A stretch of DNA of 57,656 nucleotides from Macrostomum lignano. Its lineage: Eukaryota. The position numbers were made by a program, and so were the translations under genes. How positions within the stretch are numbered: position 1 is the stretch's first letter; each line of letters begins with the position of its first letter. The notes beneath the pieces are model-generated. The model ran no database searches. It had not been told where the DNA came from and saw nothing but the letters and a program-made list of their open reading frames with translations. Below are positions 1 through 10,291 of the stretch, piece by piece. Where the stretch lies: assembly GCA_002269645.1 (NCBI GenBank), contig NIVC01004154.1, positions 1-57,656 of the forward strand, written 5' to 3'.

Positions 1-141
1 ATGATCTGTGAAGCTAATGGGCTACTGCTGATGATCTGTGAAGCTAATGGGCTACTGCTGATGATCTGTGAAGCTAATGGGCTACTGCTGATGATCTGTG
101 AAGCTAATGGGCTACTGCTGATGATCTGTGAAGCTAATGGG
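1..141. repeat. 30-bp tandem repeat (atgatctgtgaagctaatgggctactgctg), about 4.7 copies, truncated by the window edge
   Basis: Exact 30-bp periodicity visible from base 1. Confidence 0.95.
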
Positions 142-420
142 CTGTATAAAAATATTGTGCTTGCTGCAAATTTTGACTAAAATAACCAACTCTGATTCTA
201 GACAAATGTTTTTGCGATAAAGGCAATAAATTTTAACGAGGCTTCAAGAGTGAACTAACATTGCGTTTTTATTGCATTTTTGTTTAAATTGAAAAGCGCA
301 GAACGAAAAAACAGAAAAACAAAAAAAGAAAAATGCTGAAAACGTTCAAATTTCTTCAATTGAAGAAATATGTGAAAAGCTGCTTTTAAAAAGTTGTAGT
401 AATTTGCAGCTCCTTCACTC

Positions 421-3400
421 TCAGCTGACGTCGTCTTGGAAAGCGTCACGAACGCCAACAGCGCAAACCTGGAAATGGAAACAGTTTAAGTTGGTATTAA
501 TCAGCCGGGGGTCCTATAGGTTCGAGTTTTCAAAAGTTCTATCCACCACCCAATTATTCTTTAGTGGGCTGCCGCCCATCCGAAAGCAGAAGATACCCCC
601 ACCTCCTCCAAAAGCAAAAGACACCCAGCCCCCTCCAAAAGCAGAAGACACTTAGCACCCTCCAAAAGCAGAAGACACCTAGCCCACTCTAATAGCAGAA
701 GACACCTGCCCCTCCAAAAGCAGAAGACACCTAGCCCACTCTAATAGCAGAAGACACCTGCCCCTCCAAAAGCAGAAGACACCCAGCCCACCCTAATAGC
801 AGAAGACACCTGCCTCCCTCCAAAAGCAGAAGACACCCAGCCCACTCTAATAGCAGAAGACACCTGCCCCTCCAAAAGCAGAAGACACCCAGCCCACCCT
901 AATAGCAGAAGACACCTGCCTCCCTCCAAAAGCAGAAGACACCCAGCCCACTCTAATAGCAGAAGACACCTGCCTCCCTTCAAAAGCAGAAGACACCCAG
1001 CCCACTCTAATAGCAGAAGACACCTGCCCTTCAAAAGCAGAAGACACCAGCCCACTCTAATAGCAGAAGACACCTGCCCCCCCGTCCAAAAGCAGAAGAC
1101 ACCCGCCTGGAACACGGCGCTGCTGCCAGCCCGCACGGCCGGATGCTTCAAGACGCGCATCCTTCGCCGCTGATCCTCGCAACCGCCGCCCCCCGCCCCC
1201 TTCGAGTCGCTCGATCACCAGCCGAATGTTGCACACGTGGCACCAACTGGGCCCCAGCGCCGGCTCCACCCGCGAGTCAGCAGCATCCGTCAAACCGAAC
1301 CGGGTGGTCATCTGGTTGGTGCACAGCACGGCCAGCCGGCAGCTGACGGCCAGGCGGGTGAGCAGGGCGGCGAGCTCGGCGAGCTGGCGGTTCCTCTGTC
1401 CCGCATTGTCGAACTCGTAGCGAAACGGCGAGGCGATGGAGTCCAGCACGATTAGCCGGACGTGCGGGTGACCGACTAAAAACCTCTCCAGCGATTCGTG
1501 GGCGAACGCGCACAGCTGCACGTGGGACAGGCAGCGAAAGTAGTATATGTTGGACATGACCTGCTCCACTGTGAGGCTGCTGACTTCGTTTAGCGCTTTC
1601 AGGTGCTCCTGCAGTTTTGGGATTTCGGAGAATAAGAAAATGGCAAGAGAATAGTGAGGAAGAAAAAAGATGTTTGAAAGAGAATTGGGAAGGGAGGAAG
1701 GGAGTAGGGAATAAGTGAAAGGGGAAGAAAGTGAATGGGGAAGAGAATGAATGGGGAAGAGAGTGAAAGGGGAAGAGAGTGAATGGGGAAGAGAGTGAAA
1801 GGGGAAGAGAATGAATGGGGAAGAGAGTGAAAGGGGAAGAGAGTGAATGGGGAAGAGAGTGAAAGGGGAAGAGAGTGAATAGGGAAGAGAGTGAAAGGGG
1901 AAGAGAGTGAAAGGGGAAGAGAGTGAATGGGGAAGAGAGTGAAAGGGGAAGAGAGTGAAAGGGGAAGAGAGTGAATGGGGAAGAGAGTGAATGGGGAATA
2001 GAGTGAAAGGGGAAGAGAGTGAAAGGGGAAGAGAGTGAAAGGGGAAGAGAGTGAAAGGGGAAGAGAGTGAATGGGGAAGAGAGTGAAAGGGGAAGAGAGT
2101 GAAAGGGGAAGAGAGTGAAAGGGGAAGAGAGTGAATGGGGAAGAGAGTGAAAGGGGAAGAGAATGAATGGGGAAGAGAGTGAATGGGGAAGAGAGTGAAA
2201 GGGGAAGAGAGTGAAAGGGGAAGAGAGTGAAAGGGGAAGAGAGTGAAAGGGGAAGAGAGTGAAAGGGGAAGAGAGTGAAAGGGGAAGAGAGTGAATGGGG
2301 AAGAGAGTGAAAGGGGAAGAGAGTGAAAGGGGAAGAGAGTGAAAGGGGAAGAGAGTGAAAGGGGAAGAGAGTGAATGGGGAAGAGAATGAAGAACGAAGA
2401 ATAGAGGAAGATTGGGAAGAGAGTGACTGGGGAAGAGAATGAAGAACGAAGAATAGAGGAAGATTGGGAAGAGAGTGAATGGGGAAGAGAATGAAGAACG
2501 AAGAATAGAGGAAGATTGGGAAGACAGCCAAGTGGGGAAGACGAGGAAGGTGGAAAGAACGAAAACGGGATTGACAAAACCGGGAATTTTTGAAAAAAAA
2601 CCGCACATCACTGCCTCTCCCCGAACCTTCGTCAGCGGCCCGTCGCCGCCGTCTCCGCCACCTTCTACCCCGTTGCCGTCGTCGTCGTCGCCGGGTGGGA
2701 GACGCCGCTGCCGCATTCGGTCGGCCAGACGGCGGCAGTGCAGCAGCAGGCCGGAGGCGATCTGCGCCTGCCGCCTGGGCGAGAAGCTGCCCTCGGTGTC
2801 CAGATAGACGGCGCCGCCTTGGAGGCCGCCCAGCGCGGCAGGCAGCTGCACGGAGGCGCACAGCTGCATGCACAGCTGGGTCTTGCCCGAGCCGGCACTG
2901 CCAGCCAGTTCTGTGAGCTGGCAGAGCGACAGGCCGCCCTGCAGGAGCCGGTCCACGCTGGCCGACATGCTGGGCACCGCGCGGCTGAGAATGGCATATT
3001 TATATGCTCATTGTTGGGTATAGAAAATGGCACATCTATTCTACTCTAATAGAAAATGGCACATCCATTCTACTCTAATAGAAAATGGCACATCTATTCT
3101 ACTCTAATAGAAATGGCACATCTATTCTACTCTAATAGAAAATGGCACATCTATTCTACTCTAATAGAAATGGCACATCTATTCTCACATCTATTCTACT
3201 CTAATAGAAAATGGCACATCTATTCTACTCTAATAGAAATGGCACATCTATTCTACTCTAATAGAAAATGGCACATCTATTCTACTCTAATAGAAATGGC
3301 ACATCTATTCTAATCTAATAGAAAATGGCACATCTATTCTACTCAAATAGAAAATGGCACATCTATTCCGCTCTAATAGAAAATGGCACATCTATTCTAA

Positions 3401-3799
3401 TCTAATAGAAAATGGCACATCTATTCTCACATCTATTCTACTCTAATAGAAAATGACACATCTATTGTATTAGAAAGCGGCAGTTAACCAACCTTCTAGC
3501 CACATCAAGTAGCAGAGTTTCCGCAGTGTCTGGCAGCCGAAAGCCGCCGCAGCCGCCGCCGCCGTCGTTGGTGCACCTGGCCAGAGCGTCCCGCACAGTC
3601 AGCTGCATTCGCCTGCACTGATCCAGCGGCTGGCCCAGCCGGGCCGCCAGCTCAGCCGGCGGGTCAGCAGGCAGTGGCGGACAAGGCAGAGACCCGCTCC
3701 CAGCAGACGGGACTTCAACTCGCTTGGCAGCGGCAGGCTGCGGATGTCCTCCTCCTGGAGTCCGTGGAGGTCATGGGGTCGCGTCGACTCTCTACTCAT
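421..3799 (-). CDS. RAD51C: RAD51 paralog C (RecA/RAD51 family); 4 coding exons, two 1-nt frameshifts
   Basis: complement(join(421..468,1107..1608,2627..2984,3493..3799)). Walker [32 protein letters not shown], Walker [32 protein letters not shown], ending FQ|VCAVGVRD (human FQIKPQGFRD, recalled). Splice phases 2/0/0 fit. Frameshifts near 3661 (1 nt missing) and near 1190 (1 nt extra). Last intron GC-AG. Confidence 0.9.
560..1100. repeat. Minisatellite of alternating ~23-24 bp units (core aagcagaagacacc) in RAD51C intron 3
   Basis: Repeated aaaagcagaagacacccagcccactctaatagcagaagacacctgccc. Confidence 0.9.
1700..2525. repeat. 16-bp purine-rich minisatellite (gaa[t/a]ggggaagagagt) in RAD51C intron 2
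   Basis: About 45 near-identical units; pyrimidine-rich on the sense strand. Confidence 0.95.
3020..3470. repeat. 28-29 bp minisatellite (aatagaaaatggcacatctattctactct) in RAD51C intron 1
   Basis: About 14-15 tandem units. Confidence 0.95.
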
Positions 3800-3914
3800 A
3801 CTAATGCAGTACTATTGAAGTCTGACTTAATGCCTACAATCTAATTGATAAATTCAGGACTGAGATCAGAATGAGATATTAGAAAAAAGTATACACAATA
3901 CAAAACAAAGGTAC

Positions 3915-4475
<561 letters not shown>

Positions 4476-4499
4476 ACTAGATAAAGCAGAAAAAAGATA

Positions 4500-5385
4500 G
4501 ACAGATGGACAAAGACAGGGCAAAGACAGGACAAAGACAGGACAATAAAGACGGGACAAAGACAGGACAAAGACAGGACGAAGACAGGACAAAGACAGGA
4601 CAAAGACAGGACAAAAAGACAGGACAATAAAGACAGGACAAAGACAGGACAAAGACAGGACAATAAAGACAGGACAAAGACAGGACAAAGACAGGACAAA
4701 GACAGGACATAGACAGGACAATAAAGACAGGACAAAGACAGGACAAAGACAGGACAATAAAGACAGGACAAAGACAGGACAATAAAGACGGGACAAAGAC
4801 AGGACAAAGACAGGACGAAGACAGGACAAAGACAGGACGAAGACAGGACAAAAAGACAGGACAAAGACAGGACAAAAAGACAGGACAAAGACAGGACAAT
4901 AAAGACAGGACAAAGACAGGACAAAGACAGGACATAGACAGGACAATAAAGACAGGACAAAGACAGGACAAAGACAGGACAAAGACAGGACAATAAAGAC
5001 AGGACAAAGACAGGACAATAAAGACAGGACAAAGACAGGACAATAAAGACAGGACAAAGACAGGACAATAAAGACAGGACAAAGACATGACGAAGACAGG
5101 ACAAAGACAGGACGAAGACAGGACAAAAAGACAGGACAAAGACAGGACAAAAAGACAGGACAAAGACAGGACAATAAAGACAGGACAAAGACAGGACAAA
5201 GACAGGACATAGACAGGACAATAAAGACAGGACATAGACAGGACAAAGACAGGACAAAGACAGGACAATAAAGACAGGACAAAGACAGGACAATAAAGAC
5301 AGGACAAAGACAGGACAATAAAGACAGGACAAAGACAGGACAATAAAGACAGGACAAAGACAGGACAATAAAGACAGGACAAAGA
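4500..5385. repeat. 11/14-bp minisatellite (acaaagacagg / acaataaagacagg)
   Basis: Direct reading, about 70 units. Confidence 0.95.
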
Positions 5386-5396
5386 CACGCACTCAC

Positions 5397-5494
5397 AAAT
5401 AAGGCAGAAGATGGCACTGTCAGACGCAATAGAAGACAGAAACTCAAAAAGCAAAACCACGCAGAGATCTCTAATCGAACGTTTAGCCCCCTTC
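5397..5494 (-). other. Putative upstream (5' UTR or uORF) exon of the RAD51C transcript
   Basis: Minus-strand acceptor attgtag| at 5495-96 and donor TTT|GTGAGT at 5396. Strong downstream acceptor ttttttctaatatctcattctgatctcag| at 3860-61. The intervening 1.5 kb is satellite-filled like other introns here. No ATG in the exon. Confidence 0.45.
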
Positions 5495-6090
5495 CTACAA
5501 TATACGAGCTATTAATAAAGCACAACCAAGGCGAAAGCAGCGAATGAATTATAGCGGCCCAGCAATAAAAGTCAATTTACATCGGAGCGGCAGGCAGTGG
5601 CAGACAGGCAGTTTAGAGAGACAGCACGCATTGCCTGTAGATTCAGCTGTAAATCGCTTGAAAACAGGGAGCAGAGGCACCGACCAGACAGGGATCAGGG
5701 AGAGCTGAACTGGGGAGTAGGGGGGGGAACAGAAAATCGATAGCTGATCCGGAACTCGCCGAGCTAATCGGGACAGAGAAGCGGAGCAGCGGCCTACCCT
5801 GTGTTGCAATTTTTTTGTTCGTTTATAAGAGCAAAAAAATGTCCAGAAAGCGCTAAAAAATTTTTCCCACAATTGGGGTTGGTGCAGGGAGAGGACAGAG
5901 AAACTGCTCAAAAGCCCAACTCAATAATGCGAAGTGCAAGTCTGCTGTGATTTCTAGTTTTTCTTGCTGCAAGGAAAAGGAAAAACCTGGTATAATAGAG
6001 AACTCCCAAGGGTGGCACCACTTGCATAGCAACTACAGCCAACTTGAAAACTAAGAGAAATAAAGAGCTACTCAGCTTCAGACACAAAAT

Positions 6091-7762
6091 ATGCCAGGAC
6101 CAGATGATGAGCCAATTCATAATGGCACTCTGACCGTGATCAGAAAGATCGGTGAGTACATTCGGGAAGTAGACAGTAGAATGATAGTTTAGAGAGAAGT
6201 AGACGATATTAATAAAGGATAAGTGAGCATGAGAAGTAGACTGGTGAAAGGAGGATCAGAAATAGGAGATAATCGACAGGGGAAGTGAGAGTGGCAGAGA
6301 GAAGTAAACAGAGGGAGTAAGAGAGGCAGAGAGAAGTAGACAGGGGAAGTGAGAGTGGCAGAGAGAAGTAGACAGGGGAAGAGAGAGTGGCAGAGAGAAG
6401 TAGACAGAGGGAGTAAGAGTGGCAGAGAGAAGTAGACAGGGGAAGTGAGTGGCAGAGTAGACAGGGGACGTGAGAGTGGCAGATAGAAGTAGACAGGGGA
6501 CGTGAGAGTGGCAGAGTAGACAGGGGAAGTGAGAGTAGCAGATAGAAGTAGACAGGGGAAGTGAGAGTGGCAGAGAGAAGTAGACAGGGGAAGTGAGAGT
6601 GGCAGAGAAAAGTAGACAGGGGAAGTGAGCGGCAGAGAGAAGTAGACAGGGGAAGTGAGTGGCAGAGTAGACAGGGGACGTGAGAGTGGCAGATAGAAGT
6701 AGACAGGGGAAGTGAGAGTGGCAGAGTAGACAGGGGACGTGAGAGTAGCAGATAGAAGTAGACTGGGGAAGTGAGAGTGGCAGAGTAGACAGGGGAAGTG
6801 AGAGTAGCAGATAGAAGTAGACAGGGGAAGTGAGAGTGGCAGAGTAGACAGGGGAAGTGAGAGTAGCAGATAGAAGTAGACAGGGGAAGTGAGAGTGGCA
6901 GAGTAGACAGGGGACGTGAGAGTGGCAGAGAGAAGTAGACAGGGGAAGTGAGTGGCAGAGAGAAGTAGACAAGGGAAGTGAGTGGCAGAGAGAAGTAGAC
7001 AGGGGAAGTGAGAGTGGCAGATAGAAGTACATGTAGACAGGGGAAGTGAGAGTGGCAGAGAGAAGTAGACAGGGGAAGTGAGAGTGGCAGATAGAAGTAG
7101 ACAGGGGAAGTGAGAGTGGCAGAGAGAAGTAGACAGGGGAAGTGGGAATCGCAGAGAGAAGTAGACAGGGGAAGTGGGAGTCGCAGAGTAGGCAGGGGAG
7201 TTGCTGAATGCTTCCCCATATAATTGCAGTGCCGATTTACACGTGGGGATTTCTGCTGCTAGTCTGCTTCCTATTCATAATGCTGCTATTCGCATTTCTC
7301 TACATGGAGCAGCTGCTATGCTTCGGCTATTGCAAAGGTCGCACCTGTTGCGACACCAAATCTAGCGGTGAGTTTGAGATAGCAATTTTTGTTTTCAATT
7401 GTTATTTATTGCGAGATTTTTCTACTTCAAAGTAGCATGTACTTAAGATAGATAAGGCACTATCGTTCGGAAAGCTTCTATCCTTTGCGTTGAACAACAT
7501 TCTAGCCTCAAAGTTGGACGTCAGTAAGTAAAATTTATGCGCACTGGTGATTACCCTTAGTAGCTAGCAAATGATTATAAAAATGTTTCTTTTTGTCGCT
7601 CTTGCTTGATATTATTCAACCTTTGCTTGAGCATTTCGGTGAAAGACCGAAGCATAAAAGGAGACAGGGGGTGTGCTTTCGAGTTGAGAACCTCTGTGCT
7701 GATGCTTATTTAAATTAACTACGAAACCCTTCTTTGCAGGCCACAGATACCCGCTTTGGTAG
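6091..7762 (+). CDS. Unrecognised small single-pass membrane protein (~75-80 aa), spliced; 3' end uncertain
   Basis: join(6091..6151,7230..7367,[7506..7523],7740..7762?) gives MPGPDDEPIHNGTLTVIRKI|VPIYTWGFLLLVCFLFIMLLFAFLYMEQLLCFGYCKGRTCCDTKSS. Donors ATCG|GTGAGT and AGCG|GTGAGT, acceptor taattgcag|, phase 1 throughout. One hydrophobic helix, NGT sequon, Cys cluster after the helix. Confidence 0.6.
6270..7195. repeat. ~30-32 bp purine-rich minisatellite (gacaggggaagtgagagtggcagagagaagta) in intron 1 of the small plus-strand gene
   Basis: Direct reading. Confidence 0.95.
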
Positions 7763-8035
7763 ATCCAGATACCCACTTTGTAGACTCAAATATCCATTTG
7801 GTAGCCCTAGATACCCACTTTGTAGACCCAGATACCCACTTGGTAGACCTAGATACCCACTTGGGTAGACTCTGATACCCACTTGGTAGACCCAGATACC
7901 CACTTGGTAGACCTAGATACCCACTTGGGTAGACTCTGATACCCACTTGGTAGACCCAGATACCCACTTTGTAGACCCAGATACCCATTTGGTAGACTCT
8001 GATACCCACTTTTTAGACCCAGATACCCACTTGGT
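7745..8035. repeat. 21-22 bp minisatellite (gatacccacttggtagaccca)
   Basis: About 13 units. Confidence 0.9.
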
Positions 8036-8709
8036 AGTCGCCATAACCACTGTGCAACCTCATATCAAGAATGGAAAACGCATATTTTGCACTAATTTGT
8101 TATTTTTACTTAATTAATACTCCACACAGACAATTCCTGATAACTATTAACTAACTAGTGTTTCGAAAATTGTTATTTTGCAAGGCAAAGGTGTGAAAGG
8201 TTATTAATATTAACTCTTATATAAACTAACATCCTACCCAAGTTGCTTATGAATAAGAATTAAAAATAGTAACACACAAGACTCAGTTAAGTCCAATCAA
8301 AAAAGGAAATTCTTTCACAGCATTATTCGGCAGTCAGAAATAAGGTTAAACAAACAGAGCCAAGGTTTTATTATTACAATTTTCGCCAGTCTGAAGAGGT
8401 GTTGAAAATTATTTTATTATTTAATTAGCCAGATATAGAACTCAGACCAGAAGATTGAATGCTTAAATATTATTGGCCATCATCATTTATAACTTATACG
8501 CAGAGGCATTAGGAGACAAGTGTAAATAATAGTAAAATGCCGCGTCGAAGCAATGCAAATTGAATACTATTTATAGTAGTACAAGTAGGTTAAACAGAGG
8601 GGTTTTTGCAACAGTTTCCGGACTGCGAAACCATTTGAGATGCAGAGCAAATCTTGCATTAATTTTTTCAATCATGACGTAAGAATGCGTTTCATGAAAG
8701 AACTGTCAG

Positions 8710-9560
8710 TAGAAGGGTCTGTGGGTCTGTAGAAGGGTCTGTAGGAGGGGTCTGTAGAAGGTTCTGTAAGAGGGGTCTGTAGAAGTGTCTGTAGGAGGGG
8801 TCTGTAGAAGGGTCTGTAAGAGGGGTCTGTAGAAGTGTCTGTAGGAGGGGTCTGTAGAAGGGTCTGTAGGAGGGGTCTGTAGAAGGGTCTGTAGGGGGGG
8901 GGTCTGTAGAAGGGTCTGTAGGAGGGGTCTGTAGAAGGGTCTGTAGGAGGGGTCTGTAGAAGGGTCTGTAGGAGGGGTCTGTAGAAGGGTCTGTAGGAGG
9001 GGTCTGTAGGAGGGGTCTGTAGAAGGGTCTGTAGGAGGGGTCTGTAGGAGGGGTCTGTAGAAGGGTCTGTAGGAGGGGTCTGTAGAAGGGTCTGTTGGAG
9101 GGGTCTGTAGGAGGGGTCTGTAGGAGGGGTCTGTAAGAGGGGTCTGTACAAGGGTCTGTAGGAGGGGTCTGTCGGAGGGGTCTGTAGAAGAGTCTGTAGG
9201 AGGGGTCTGTAGAAGGGTCTGTAGAAGGGTCTGTAGGAGGGGTCTGTAGAAGGGTCTGTAGGAGGGGTATGTTGGGTCTGTAGAAGGGTCTGTAGGGGTC
9301 TGTAGGAGGGGTCCGTCGGAGGGGTCTGTAGAAGAGTCTGTAGGAGGGGTCTGTAGAAGGGTCTGTAGGAGGGGTCTGTAGAAGGGTCTGTAAAAGGGTC
9401 TGTAGGAGGGGTCTGTAGAAGGGTCTGTAGGAGGGGTCTGTTGGGTCTGTAGAAGGGTCTGTAGGAGGGGTCTGTAGGAGGGGTCTGTAGAAGGCTCGGT
9501 AGGAGGGGTCTGTAGGAGGGGTCTGTTGGAGGGGTCTGTAGAAGGGTCTGTAGGAGGGGT
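8710..9560. repeat. 13/14-bp minisatellite (gggtctgtagaa / ggggtctgtagga)
   Basis: About 60 units; abuts the SINE at 9556. Confidence 0.95.
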
Positions 9561-9850
9561 CGGTCTGGTGCGACGCTCTGATGCGTCAGTGGTTTGGGGT
9601 CGATTCCAAGTTGGGGCTAAATTGGAATCTCGGCTTGGCTCTCTGCTCGTGCAACTAACGCCATTTGAGGGCCAACCCCAATGCACAGTGAAGTGTACAT
9701 GCCTAACGATAAATAAAGTTAGGGCCGCTTTACACTCCTGTGTGAGTGTGTGCCTGTGCGTATGACTGCATACGTATCCGCGCGCTTGTGTGCCTGCTCA
9801 GGGGAGTCGGCGGAATGGGAAGTAATGCCTCTCACCGGTTGTGGGACAAT
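9556..9850 (+). mobile_element. tRNA-derived SINE-like dispersed repeat (same family as 29398-29740)
   Basis: B-box-like ggtcgattcc at 9598-9607. Body ggggctaaattggaatctcggcttggctctctgctc...tgcctaacgataaataaagttagggccgct...ggggagtcggcggaatggg is shared with 29480-29690. Confidence 0.65.
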
Positions 9851-10291
9851 GTCGCTATTACAGTCACTGTGGTAGTTTTCCTCTACCGTTGAAGTGCTAT
9901 TGGCTCTCCTTTAGTGTGGCAGAATCTTTTGTCAATGCATTGCTTCCTTAAAGTGACAGAAAAGATGGTCATTTTCCCCGTGTTATCCAATCAGCAAGTC
10001 GTCTATGGCAAATGTGTTTAAAACTGATACAAGTTTTGCTCAGCAAGTCAAATCATTCTGGCAGTTTTACTATTCAGAGTAACGCCCTCACAGAAAAACA
10101 AATTGAATAAACAAAAAGTTGACAGTTGTTGCCGGCCTCCTAGTGAGGCTAAAAATAGACTTTTGCTACCACCGCGCATAAATAATTTTTTTAGTCTAAA
10201 ATAAAAAGCCGAGGCTTATTGTAAAATCGAATTAGATTTAAAAAATTCGCAATAAAGCCGGTGCAAGCATTAAAGAGATTAAGATGGCCTC

